Below, in pieces: positions 50,598 through 61,200 of a DNA stretch of 64,000 nucleotides. The stretch is taken from positions 64,001-128,000 of the forward strand of contig JBJHCF010000003.1 of assembly GCA_050506795.1 (NCBI GenBank), written 5' to 3'. Below the pieces are notes generated by a model that was not told the origin of the DNA, ran no database searches, and saw only the letters and a program-made list of their open reading frames with translations. The translations under genes were made by a program, and so were the position numbers. How positions within the stretch are numbered: position 1 is the stretch's first letter; each line of letters begins with the position of its first letter. Source of the stretch: Opitutia bacterium. Its GTDB lineage: Bacteria; Verrucomicrobiota; Verrucomicrobiia; Opitutales; T3Sed10-336.

Positions 50598-52355
50598 ATG
50601 ACTATGAATACAATCGATTCCGCTAAGAGCTATGGCTCCCTGAAAACGCCCTGGGCTGACGAGGTCGACCGGAAGCATCCGCTGCCGGAATACCCGCGTC
50701 CACAGATGGTGCGTGAAGACAATTGGATCAACCTGAACGGTGAATGGGACTTTGCCGTGACGGCGTCGGGAGCTTCCCGCCCGATGGGCTGGCAGGGCCG
50801 GATCCTGGTGCCGTTCGCCATCGAATCCCAGTTGTCCGGGGTGCAGCGGGTGGTTGGTCCGAATCAGGAACTCTGGTATCGCCGTGCCTTCACAGCCCCT
50901 AAAGGCGAGCGGGTTCTGCTCCATTTCGGCGCGGTGAACTGGCGCGCCACCGTTTGGGTGAACGGCGTCGAGGTCGGCCGCCACAAAGGCGGTTATACGC
51001 CCTTCAGTTTTGATATCACGGAAGCCCTGACGGTGGCTGATGCGCCGGAACTGGTGGTTCGGGTCTGGAATCCGATCGACAGCGAGCCTCAACCGCGGGG
51101 TAAACAGGTGCGCAAGCCGGAATCGATTTACTACACCGCGGTGACCGGCATCTGGCAGACCGTCTGGCTTGAAGCGGTTCCGGCCGTTTCCATCGATAAC
51201 GTTCAACCGGAGGCCGACCTGACCGGCAACCTGGTACGCGTTTCGGTGGAAGGGCGGGGAGCCGACACCGAAGAACGGGTTCGCGTGCGGGCGTTTGACG
51301 GCGACCGGCTGGTTGGGGAAGGGGAAGGTTTTCTGGGCGACGCCATCGATGTTCCGGTGCCGAACGCCCGGTTGTGGAGTCCGGACGATCCCCACTTGTA
51401 TCAACTGGAGGTTTCTCTGGTCGACGGAGAGGATGTGGTGCGGAGTTATTTCGCCATGCGTGAAATCTCCACCGCCAAGGATGCGCAGGGCGTGCCCCGT
51501 TTGTTTCTCAACGGCAAACCGCTGTTTCAATTTGGTCCGCTGGATCAGGGCTACTGGCCGGACGGCCTTTACACCGCTCCCACCGACGAGGCCTTGCTTT
51601 GGGACATCGAAATGACCCGGAAGATGGGATTCAACCTGATCCGAAAACACGTCAAGGTGGAGCCCGCCCGTTGGTACCATTATGCCGATAAACTTGGGCT
51701 TCTGGTTTGGCAGGACATGCCCAGCGGAGGCAACGATCCCAGCCAGTCCGCCCGCGACGGGTCCGGCAAGGAAGGTAAAATGCCCGCTCTGTGGAGCGAG
51801 AACTTCCGCACCGAGTTGCGGGCGATGATCGATGCTTTGCGATTCTTTCCTTCGGTGGTGCTGTGGATGCCCTTTAACGAAGGCTGGGGGCAGCATGACA
51901 CCAACAATATCCTGCAATGGACGGCTGACTACGATCCGACCCGGTTTGTGGGCGGACCGAGCGGCTGGGAGGATATGGGTTGGGGACATACCCATGACCG
52001 GCATTCCTATCCGGGACCGGACATGTTCCCGGTGAGTCCGGACCGGGTTTCGGTTCTGGGGGAGTTCGGCGGCCTTGGGCTGGTGCTTCCCGGTCACCTC
52101 TGGCAGGAGGACCGCAATTGGGGCTATCAGAGTTTCGCCGATAAAAAGGAGCTGTTGGAGCGTTATCGGCAATTGATGGACGATCTGCGTCCGCTGATTG
52201 AAAAAGGCCTTGCCGCCGCGGTATACACTCAAACCACCGACGTGGAGATCGAGGTTAACGGACTGATCACCTATGATCGGCGTGTGATCAAGATCGATCC
52301 CGAAACCCTGCGCGAACTCCACCGGCCGATGTACGCCGCTTCTCCGCAGGAATAA
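50598..52355 (+). CDS. Glycoside hydrolase family 2 (beta-galactosidase-like)
   Basis: PEYPRPQM, LHFGAV, TGIWQTVWLE, LDQGYWPDG, RKHVKVEP, FNEGWGQ, GEFGG. Confidence 0.92.
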   Translation: MTMNTIDSAKSYGSLKTPWADEVDRKHPLPEYPRPQMVREDNWINLNGEWDFAVTASGASRPMGWQGRILVPFAIESQLSGVQRVVGPNQELWYRRAFTAPKGERVLLHFGAVNWRATVWVNGVEVGRHKGGYTPFSFDITEALTVADAPELVVRVWNPIDSEPQPRGKQVRKPESIYYTAVTGIWQTVWLEAVPAVSIDNVQPEADLTGNLVRVSVEGRGADTEERVRVRAFDGDRLVGEGEGFLGDAIDVPVPNARLWSPDDPHLYQLEVSLVDGEDVVRSYFAMREISTAKDAQGVPRLFLNGKPLFQFGPLDQGYWPDGLYTAPTDEALLWDIEMTRKMGFNLIRKHVKVEPARWYHYADKLGLLVWQDMPSGGNDPSQSARDGSGKEGKMPALWSENFRTELRAMIDALRFFPSVVLWMPFNEGWGQHDTNNILQWTADYDPTRFVGGPSGWEDMGWGHTHDRHSYPGPDMFPVSPDRVSVLGEFGGLGLVLPGHLWQEDRNWGYQSFADKKELLERYRQLMDDLRPLIEKGLAAAVYTQTTDVEIEVNGLITYDRRVIKIDPETLRELHRPMYAASPQE

Positions 52356-52463
52356 CGCGATGCGGCGACACCTTCCTCCCGAATTCCCGCGGTCGAATCC
52401 TTAAAACATGATTCGGCCGCGGGGAACTTCGCGATGGAATCGTCCGATGTCCTGGTCCACCGG

Positions 52464-53414
52464 TTATTCGGCGGACGTCGGCCAGTCGGTGATGCCCTCG
52501 TCGGTCATGGTGATGGGTTTGATGACGCCGTTTTCCCCATGCTCGAGCCTGTCGATGGCCGTCGAGCGGGAGCCGCGGAAGGGTCCGTTGTCCTCCCGAT
52601 CGTTCCAGCGGTGATAAACGATAAACCACTCATCGGAATGCGGGTTCTGGATTATCGAGTGGTGCCCCGGACCTTTGTGACGCTCGTCACTTTGCAGAAT
52701 CACTCCGCGATAGGTCCAGGGGCCGGTGGGTCCGGGCGCGGTGGAGTGGTGGACGTGATAGGTGGCGTCGCGCCAGTATCCACGACTGTAGGTGAAGTGG
52801 TAAAGGCCGTCGTGGTAATGGATGAACGCGCCCTCGGTGAAATATCGGGGGGTCTCTACCTCGATTTCGCGTTTAAAGGATACCAGGTCTTCGTTCAGCT
52901 CGAAAACGCGCAGGGTGGCGCCCGCGCTGCCGCCGGCGTAAAAATACGGTGTGCCGTCGGCCGGATCGATGAACACCATGGCGTCGATGGCTTCGAAGCC
53001 GGGTTCGCCGTGATCGGAAAGCAGCGCCTGGCCGCTGTCGGAAAATGGACCTTCCGGGGAGTCAGCCACCGCCACCCCGATATGGGAGGGCTTCGGGCCG
53101 ACCGAATAGTACAGGTAGTATTTGCCGTCCTTTTCCAGGATGCCCGGCGCCCAGGCGTGTTTGCCTTCGGGGATCCAATCGATGTCGGCGAAATTCAGAA
53201 TGGGACCGTGCTGAGTCCAGTTGACCAGGTCGGGCGAGGAAAAGGCGTAAAAATGTTCGCGATGTCCGTGGGTCGGATACACCCAAACGACGTCATCGAC
53301 GACGATGGCATGGGGATCGGCGCCGTCGAATACCGGATTCTGAGCGGCCAGGAAGCTGGGAAATGATGGCATGGCTAGGATGAGGGTGAGTAAAAGCGGG
53401 CGAAAAGTGTTCAT
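52464..53414 (-). CDS. Secreted glycoside hydrolase family 43
   Basis: Signal peptide; ADPH, AWAP, AIDAMVF, FTEGAF, GPGHHS. Confidence 0.92.
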   Translation of the reverse strand: MNTFRPLLLTLILAMPSFPSFLAAQNPVFDGADPHAIVVDDVVWVYPTHGHREHFYAFSSPDLVNWTQHGPILNFADIDWIPEGKHAWAPGILEKDGKYYLYYSVGPKPSHIGVAVADSPEGPFSDSGQALLSDHGEPGFEAIDAMVFIDPADGTPYFYAGGSAGATLRVFELNEDLVSFKREIEVETPRYFTEGAFIHYHDGLYHFTYSRGYWRDATYHVHHSTAPGPTGPWTYRGVILQSDERHKGPGHHSIIQNPHSDEWFIVYHRWNDREDNGPFRGSRSTAIDRLEHGENGVIKPITMTDEGITDWPTSAE

Positions 53415-53506
53415 GGTCTGTTATATATATCGTTTACCGCGATGTGTAAAGGGGACAATGTTCATTCGAGTCGGTCCGGGGGATTATCAGGCGGAAAAAT
53501 ATTCCG

Positions 53507-54988
53507 TTGCGGTTCGCCGCAAACCGCTTGCTTTGGGATAAGGTTCTGAACACGATCTCCCGCTTGAATTCAGTGGTTAAAACGAATCGGACCGCCGGCC
53601 GGCTAAAAAGGAACCTCCGGATCTGTACCTGGGAAGGGGTCGTCGCGCTTCCCATCGTTTTCCTGTCGTTGCCGGGTAACTTCGTGATTGCCGCCCTTTT
53701 GACCAGGAACTTCGGACTCAGCGAAGGGTGGTTTGGTTTGATCGCATCTCTGCCGGCCTGGTGCAATGTGGTGCAGATCGTTTTGATGCCTGTCCTGGCC
53801 CGGCACTTTAATCCCAAGGCAACCACGATCGCCATGGCCTGGCTGCATCTGGCCTGCTGGACCGCCCTTGCTTTTGTCCTTCCGTTCCTCCCGGTCGACG
53901 ACCCGGGGAAAGCGGCGCTTTTCTTTGTGGTTTTCTTTCTGCTTTCCAGTCTGTTGGCCTCGATGACGGGGGTCAGTTGGACCTCATGGATTCAGGAGTG
54001 GATTCCCGAAAGGGTTCGCGGCAAGTACTTTGGTTATCGCAACCGTTTGATTACCTTCGGATCGGTGTTGTTTCTCCTGGGCGTGGGAAAACTTCTCGGT
54101 TTGCTGGATAACGCTTTGATCGGTTACCAGGTCGTCATTTTGTTCGGAGCGGTTTTGCGCTGTGTTTCGATCGTCGGACAGCACTTTATTCTCTCGGACG
54201 ATGGCATGGGCAAACCGAAGGAAAGGGTGGCGTGGAGCCGTTACCCGGCGATCCTGACCAGCTCGCCCGGGCTCGGTCTTTTTGTGGCATTCGGAGCGGT
54301 ATTCGGTTTCGCCACCGGCGTGGTAGGGCCGTTTTACAACGTGTTCATGTACGAACTGCTTGAGCTGTCGGTCAGCAAGGTGAGTTTTCTGGTGATCCTC
54401 TCCAGCGTGGGTGGCGCGGTGTCCTTTCCCGCATGGGGGGGCATGTTGCACAAGCACGGCAATAAACCGGTCCTGATTTTCTGCCTGGCGGCCTGGCAAT
54501 TGCAGAATTACCTGTGGTGCGTGTTAACGCCGGGCACCGCATGGATCCTTTATTTCATGTGGGCGTGGGGAGGGATCTTCGCGGCGGGCTATTTCATGGC
54601 TTCATTCAATCTCCTGCTGAAACTGGTTCCGGCCAAAACCAAGACCACCGGTATAAGCATTTATGTCGCAATCACTTCGTTTGCGGCGGCGGTCGCCCCG
54701 GTGATCGGCGGCCAGATCTATCGCATCGCTTTTGCGGCCGACCTCGATCCCTTGTTGACCTACCGGGTCACGTTCCTGCTGCAGCCGACCCTCTGCCTGC
54801 TGGGCTGCCTGATTCTGATCCGAATCCATGAACCGAGGTCCGCTTCAGTCCGCACCGTGATCGGCGCCATGCGGTCCATGCGACAGATCGGCACTCTCCT
54901 TGGCCTTTCGTTCCTGGTCAATTATACCTTCCTTCGCCAGCGCGGCGGCAAAAAGGGCGGTGTCGCCGGCCGGAATGGTCACGCTTGA
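53507..54988 (+). CDS. MFS transporter
   Basis: ~12 hydrophobic helices, WTSWIQEWIPERVRGKYFG. Start uncertain. Confidence 0.82.
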   Translation: MRFAANRLLWDKVLNTISRLNSVVKTNRTAGRLKRNLRICTWEGVVALPIVFLSLPGNFVIAALLTRNFGLSEGWFGLIASLPAWCNVVQIVLMPVLARHFNPKATTIAMAWLHLACWTALAFVLPFLPVDDPGKAALFFVVFFLLSSLLASMTGVSWTSWIQEWIPERVRGKYFGYRNRLITFGSVLFLLGVGKLLGLLDNALIGYQVVILFGAVLRCVSIVGQHFILSDDGMGKPKERVAWSRYPAILTSSPGLGLFVAFGAVFGFATGVVGPFYNVFMYELLELSVSKVSFLVILSSVGGAVSFPAWGGMLHKHGNKPVLIFCLAAWQLQNYLWCVLTPGTAWILYFMWAWGGIFAAGYFMASFNLLLKLVPAKTKTTGISIYVAITSFAAAVAPVIGGQIYRIAFAADLDPLLTYRVTFLLQPTLCLLGCLILIRIHEPRSASVRTVIGAMRSMRQIGTLLGLSFLVNYTFLRQRGGKKGGVAGRNGHA

Positions 54989-55015
54989 GCCGACCCAAAG
55001 GTTAAGCGGCCACCG

Positions 55016-56176
55016 TCAGAACCGATCCACAATGCGGAGCATCGCCGCTTCCTGATCCTCGATACTCCTGACCATGGCCAATTGTTTTCGGCAGCGGTCG
55101 AGGTTCTGCCCAGGATAAGCCGTCTTGAAATAGATATCTCCCTCAAGAAAGTCGGTGAGAAATCTCATTCCCGCCTCCAGCGCGATCAGTTTGCCGGAAA
55201 ACACCAGGTGGGCCTTTTCAGCCTCGTTCAGCGATTCGCCGTTGCCGGACAGGTACCCTCGGACCAAGGCCTCGAACAGCGGAATTTCGATCTTGGCGCC
55301 TTCCGGATCGGTGTCGTCTTCGGGGGAGTGGCTGGCGGTGCTGCGCACCAGATCGCCGAAATCGTAAAGCGCAAGCCCCGGCATCACGGTATCCAAATCG
55401 ATCACACAGATCCCTTCGCCGGTGAAATCGTCGATCATGACGTTGTTCAATTTGGTGTCGTTGTGGGTGACCCGTTCGGCAATTTCTCCCCGGGCATGCA
55501 GGTCCAGCAGCACGTCCACCCACGCTTCCCGTTCGCGGATAAAGGCCCACTCGGCGGCGGCGCTTTCGATGAGCGCCCGCGGCTCTTGGCGGGTGGAAAC
55601 GGGCGCCGGATGCGATCCCGGCGGGGTTTCCCGACCCGTGATCGCCGCCACCTCGCGCAGGCGCTCGAAGCGTGATCGGGTGTCGTGGAACCCCGGAATG
55701 GTCACGTGCAACGGGTGTCCGGGAATGCTCCCCATTTGCTCCCGGAAATCACCGAAGGCTCTGGCGGCGGCGAATGCCTGGTCGGGCCCCTGGGTCACAT
55801 TGTAGGTCCGGGCGCGTTCGATAAAGTGGTAACACCGCCAATAATTCCGATCCTCAGTCACCAGGCAGGGGGAGCCGTCGGTGGTGGGGACGAGGTTAAG
55901 AGCCCGCCGGAAAACATCCGGCGAACCGGATTCCGTCAACTTGCGCCGCTGTTCCGCGGTGACCCGCTGGATGTTTTCCATTACGGCGATCGGGTCGGCG
56001 AAGACATGATGATTGATGCGCTGGAAGATGTAGCGGAAACGGCTGCCGTTGGTTTGAAAACAGGCCAGGAAGGTGTCGTTGATGTGTCCGGATCCATAGG
56101 GCCGACTTTCAAACAAGGAACCCTCAAGATCGAACCCCGAAACCACTTCAGGGGGCAAGGTGTTGATGATCATCAT
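55016..56176 (-). CDS. Aminoglycoside-phosphotransferase-like sugar kinase (N-acetylhexosamine 1-kinase-like)
   Basis: GSGHINDT, QRINHHVF, THNDTKLNN, IDLDTVMPG, YDFGD. Confidence 0.85.
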   Translation of the reverse strand: MMIINTLPPEVVSGFDLEGSLFESRPYGSGHINDTFLACFQTNGSRFRYIFQRINHHVFADPIAVMENIQRVTAEQRRKLTESGSPDVFRRALNLVPTTDGSPCLVTEDRNYWRCYHFIERARTYNVTQGPDQAFAAARAFGDFREQMGSIPGHPLHVTIPGFHDTRSRFERLREVAAITGRETPPGSHPAPVSTRQEPRALIESAAAEWAFIREREAWVDVLLDLHARGEIAERVTHNDTKLNNVMIDDFTGEGICVIDLDTVMPGLALYDFGDLVRSTASHSPEDDTDPEGAKIEIPLFEALVRGYLSGNGESLNEAEKAHLVFSGKLIALEAGMRFLTDFLEGDIYFKTAYPGQNLDRCRKQLAMVRSIEDQEAAMLRIVDRF

Positions 56177-56413
56177 TGAATCTCAGCCGGCGTTTTAAAG
56201 GCCTCACGCCGCTCTTCGGTTCGGAAAACAGTTCGAGCCTTGTAGCGTACAAACCTCATGTCGAATCAGTTAACTCTGTGTCCTGCGCAAGACGGAAGAT
56301 GATTCAGATTTGCGATTGCCGTATCAAGATTCTTTTTGGCTGTGGAAAACGAATTCCAGCGGAGTTTTGGGTTGTGTCGGATGGACGAATTGCTTTTATA
56401 CGTGCTTGACGGA

Positions 56414-56427
56414 TTTATATATATAAA
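56414..56427. promoter_or_regulatory. Perfect 14-bp AT palindrome TTTATATATATAAA, candidate operator
   Basis: Lies in a divergent intergenic region, just after TTGACG at 56406. Confidence 0.4.
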
Positions 56428-56599
56428 ATCGAGTTTTTTAGGTATGATAAAACCCGCCTCCATTAAACCATCAAACTGCCCTTTACCGCTTTGAAGACGT
56501 CACGGTTTGTCCCGGGCCGGGGCGTTGTGGCCTCCAACCCCTTGGGTCAAGCACTTCGGTTTCAAGGCCAATGGCTCTTTTCATCTCAATGCTGCATTC

Positions 56600-56848
56600 A
56601 TGAAGAAAACCAAATCGATTCACACAATAACGGCCCTGGCGGCCTTCATGGGAATGATGATGCAGAATGCGACGGGCGCGGAAGGTGACCGGGATCCGAG
56701 AGGTCGGTATCCCCGGCGTTGGGACCGTCCGCAGAACAACCCTCTCCGGCAAATCGAGATTCTCGATATGGCCAGCGCCTCGCGCGGTTTCCTCATGGGC
56801 GCTCTTGCTTTCAAGGCCCCCGGTGACGGTTCGAACGCGGAGGATTGA
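56600..56848 (+). CDS. Small hypothetical protein with a signal-peptide-like N-terminus (possible gene remnant)
   Basis: MKKTKSIHTITALAAFMGMMMQNATG; its stop overlaps the GH4 ATG (TGATG). Confidence 0.35.
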   Translation: MKKTKSIHTITALAAFMGMMMQNATGAEGDRDPRGRYPRRWDRPQNNPLRQIEILDMASASRGFLMGALAFKAPGDGSNAED

Positions 56849-58161
56849 TGAGAAAGATCGCTCTCATCGGCGCCGGCTCGGTCGTTTTCGCCAAGCAGCT
56901 GATTTCCGATATTCTTCGGTTTCCCGAGTTGGCCGATTCGCATATTTGCCTGATGGACATCGACCGGGCTCGCTTGAAGGTTGCCGAGGTCATGACGCGG
57001 AAATTGGTGGATCGGCTCGGCGTGGGCGCCCAGGTCAGCGCGACCGAGGATCGCACCGAAGCGATTCGAGACGCGCGTTACGTCATTTGCACCATTCAGG
57101 TCGGAGGTTACAAACCCGCCACCGTGACCGATTTCGAAATCCCCAAAAAGTACGGTCTGCGTCAGACCATTGCGGATACGCTGGGCATCGGCGGTGTGTT
57201 CCGGGGATTGCGCACGATTCCCGAATTGCTGAAAATCGCCCGCGACATTGAATCCGTGGGCGATCCGCGGTGCCTTTTTCTCAACTACACCAACCCGATG
57301 GCCATGAACTGCATGGCGGTCGACCGGGCGGTCGGCGTGCCCGCCGTCGGGCTCTGTCACAGCGTCCAGGGCACGTCCCGGGAACTGGCGGGTTACCTGG
57401 ACGTCGATCCCAATGAGGTGAACTACCGGGTGGCAGGTATCAATCACATGGCGTTTTTCCTGGAGTTCCAACACCGCGGCCAGGATCTTTACCCCAGGCT
57501 TTTCGAACTTGCCGAGAAGGGCTTCGAGAAGGACAAGGTGCGATTCGAGATGATGCGACGATTGGGATACTTCGTCACCGAGTCGTCGGAACACCAGAGC
57601 GAATACGTTCCTTATTTTATTCATCACGGAGAGGAAATAATCCGGCGGTTTGATATCCCGCTCGACGAATACCTCAGACGTTGCGAGGCGATTATCGAGG
57701 AGTGGGAGAAAACGGAAAAGGACCTGCTCGGCGCTGACGGCGAAATCGAAGTCAAACCGCGTTCGCACGAATACGGGTCCTACATTATCCACTCCCGCGA
57801 AACCAACTCCCCGCGAGTGATCTACGGAAACGTCCCGAATACCGGATTGATCTCCAATCTGCCGGCCGGGTGCTGTGTCGAGGTCCCGGTCCTGGTCGAC
57901 GCCCAGGGAATCCAGCCGACGTGCATCGGCGACCTGCCGCCACAACTGGCGGCCATTTGCCGGACCAATATCAACGTGCAGGAATTGACGGTTGAGGCCG
58001 CGCTTACCGGAAACCGCGAGCACATCTATCACGCCGCCATGCTGGATCCCCATACCGCGGCGACGTTGCCCCTGGATCGGATTTGGGCGCTCTGCGACGA
58101 GTTGATTGCGGCCCATCAGAAAGATGGATTTTTAAAGGAATTCCCGGAATCGACCGGTTGA
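56848..58161 (+). CDS. melA: NAD-dependent alpha-galactosidase/glucosidase, glycoside hydrolase family 4
   Basis: IGAGSVVF, QTIADTLG, LNYTNPM, GLCHSVQ, AGINH, TESSEH; GGAGG RBS. Confidence 0.88.
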   Translation: MRKIALIGAGSVVFAKQLISDILRFPELADSHICLMDIDRARLKVAEVMTRKLVDRLGVGAQVSATEDRTEAIRDARYVICTIQVGGYKPATVTDFEIPKKYGLRQTIADTLGIGGVFRGLRTIPELLKIARDIESVGDPRCLFLNYTNPMAMNCMAVDRAVGVPAVGLCHSVQGTSRELAGYLDVDPNEVNYRVAGINHMAFFLEFQHRGQDLYPRLFELAEKGFEKDKVRFEMMRRLGYFVTESSEHQSEYVPYFIHHGEEIIRRFDIPLDEYLRRCEAIIEEWEKTEKDLLGADGEIEVKPRSHEYGSYIIHSRETNSPRVIYGNVPNTGLISNLPAGCCVEVPVLVDAQGIQPTCIGDLPPQLAAICRTNINVQELTVEAALTGNREHIYHAAMLDPHTAATLPLDRIWALCDELIAAHQKDGFLKEFPESTG

Positions 58162-58211
58162 GCAGCCACCTTGGGAAGCGGCGACCGGTCCGGCGAGATT
58201 TCACAGTTTTT

Positions 58212-61200
58212 ATGGAAAAATTCAGCAGAATTTATGAAAACCGCTACGCTCGTGTTATCGAGCAGATGACGGCTCATATTTACACCGGCCGGGCGGACGT
58301 TTCCGTGGAGGCCTTTCAACCGCGCGGGGAACCGGTGTCTCCGGAAGAGGCGCTAAACGCGACCTATCACCCGTTCTCCGTGGGCGATACCTGGGGCGGC
58401 GCCTGGAATACGGCCTGGTTTCGTATTACCGGCGCCGTGCCGGCGGAGTGGGAGGGGCGACAGGTGGTTGCCCTGATAGCCCTGTCCCCCTGGGAGCACA
58501 TTCCGTTTTCCGGAGAAGGGTTTGCCGGCGAGGGCCTGGTTTGGCAGAACGGCAAGCCGGTGCGGGCCATCAATATCAATCGCCGCGACGTTCCCATCGC
58601 TTCTCCGGCCAAAGGCGGTGAGACGTTCGAGTTCTATGTCGAGGCCGCGGCAAATCCCCAGGCCACCTCAATCGGGGCGAAAATGATGGTCAGTCCGGAG
58701 CCGGACGGCGCCCGGAAATTCACATTGGACAGGGCCGAGCTCACCTGTTTCGACCGCGAGGTCTGGGATCTCTATCGCGATTATCTCGCTTGTTACGAGG
58801 CCATGCGGGCACTGCCGGAACAGACGCCGCGCCGCGGCCAACTGCACTACGCGCTGAACGAGGCTTCAAACCGGTTGGACATCGAGAATTCCGAAACCTA
58901 CGAAGGCGCCCGAGCCGCATTGCGCGAGGTCATGTCCCGCACCAATTCCGCCACCACCCACACCATTTCCGCGGTGGGCCATGCCCACATCGATACCGCC
59001 TGGCTTTGGCCGCTGCGGGAGGCCATTCGGAAGTGCGCCCGCACCTTTTCCACCGCGTTGCGGTACATGGAGGAATACCCGGACTACAAGTTCAGTTGTT
59101 CCCAGGCCCAGCATTATGCGTGGATGAAGCATTATTACCCCTCGATCTACGCCGATATCAAAAAGGCGATAGCGCGAGGCGAGTGGGAGCCGATCGGGTC
59201 GATGTGGATCGAGGTTGATTGCAACATCCCTTCGGGCGAGTCCCTGGTGCGTCAGATCCTCCAGGGAAAACGCTTTTTTGAAAAGGAACTCGGGGTGGAG
59301 ACCACCGATGTCTGGATTCCCGATGTTTTCGGATACAGCGCGTCGATGCCTCAGATCATGAAAAAAGCGGGTATCCGCTACTTCATGACCAGTAAAATCT
59401 CCTGGAACGAGATCAATCGGTTCCCGCATCACACTTTCCTCTGGGAGGGAATCGACGGAACCCGGGTGTTTTCGCACTTCCCCCCCGCCGACACCTACAT
59501 GGGCAAGATGACGGGTCCGGAAATGATTCGTTGCGTTTCCCGCTTCACCGAGAACGATCGGGCGACGCGTTCCCTTTATCCCTACGGTTTCGGCGACGGG
59601 GGCGGTGGTCCAACGCGGGGCATGCTGGAAACCGCGCGGCGCTGGAAGGATTTTGAGGGGATTCCACGGGTGGAGCTCGACCGGGTGCGCGATTTTTTCC
59701 CCAAGGCCGAAGCGGATGCCAAGGACCTCCCGGTCTGGAGCGGCGAACTCTACCTGGAGTTTCACCGCGGCACCTACACCAGTCAGGCCGCGACCAAACG
59801 AGGCAATCGCAAGTGCGAGTTCCTGCTGCGCGAGGCGGAATTCTTCGATGCCGTTTCGCTGGCAATCTCCGGTCGGCGTCCCGAGGCCGGGGAGATGCCG
59901 CCTCACGCGGCCTACGATGTGGTGGCCCGGGACCGGGTCGACGCGGCCGGAGCCCTGGAGCGGGCTTGGAAGCTTTTGCTGCTGAATCAATTTCACGACA
60001 TCATCCCCGGGAGCTCCATCAATTGGGTTTACGAGGACGCGGCCCGGGACTACCAAACGATCGAAGCGTTGGGCGCCCCGATCGTCCGTCACGGGCAGAC
60101 CAGCCTGGAGTCCCGTATCCAAACCGCGGACTTTTCCGAACCGACAGTGATCTTTAATACCCTGGGCTTTGAACGCGCCGAGGTCGTATCCGACTCGTCC
60201 GGACACCCGTTCTGGGCGCAAGCCCCGTCCTGCGGGTACCGTGTGGTGGAAAAACGCGAGGAATTACCGGAGGCAGTGGCGCCGGTGACGGTGAAACAGG
60301 AGGACGGTGAATTCCGACTGGAGAACGGTCTGCTGCGGGTGATGGTGGATGGCGAAGGGCGTCTCTCCAGCGTCTATGACCTTGGTGCGAAACGTGAGGT
60401 GCTGGCGCCGGGGAAGAAGGGAAATCAGTTTCAGTTGTACGGCGACACACCGAGTCAATGGGATGCCTGGGACATCGAGGTTTTTTATGGCGAGGTGGGG
60501 TATGAGCTGCACGAGATGGACGTGGTGGAAATCGTCGAGTCCGGACCGCTGCGGGCCGTCCTGCAAGCCAAGCGTCATTTCCGGAATTCCTGGATCAGCC
60601 AGCGAATCGTCCTGCGGGCCGGATCGGCCCGAATCGATTTCGAGACCGAGGTGGACTGGCAGGAGGAGCGCAAGCTTCTCAAGGTCGCGTTTCCGGTCAA
60701 TGTCCGTTCACCCCGGGCTACCTATGAAATCCAGTTCGGGCACACCGAGAGACCGACTCACCGCAACACGAGTTGGGACGCGGCCAAGTTCGAGGTTTGT
60801 GCGCAGAAGTGGGCCGACCTTTCGGAAGGCGATTACGGGGTCGCCATTCTCAACGACTGCAAGTACGGACACGACATCCTGGACAACGTGATGCGTTTGA
60901 GTCTGCTGCGCGCGCCCAACGCTCCGGATCCTCTGGCCGACCGGGGCAGACATCGCTTTACCTATTCCCTCTTTCCTCACAGCGGAGGGAACCCGCAAAC
61001 CGGCGGGGTGATCGAGGAGGCGTTTGCCCTGAACGTTCCTCTGAGCCTGGTTGAAACCGAACCCCACCCGGGCGAACTGCCGGCGGTGCAAAGCTTCTTC
61101 CAGACGGATCGTCCGGGGCTGATGCTCGACACGGTGAAGGTCGCGGAAGACGCCGATGCCGTTATCCTGCGCGCCTACGAAGCCTACGGGACCCGGGGGC

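Noticed and set aside
55016..56176. Aminoglycoside resistance gene
   Set aside because: Motifs and sugar-locus context fit an N-acetylhexosamine-kinase-like enzyme rather than an APH resistance enzyme.
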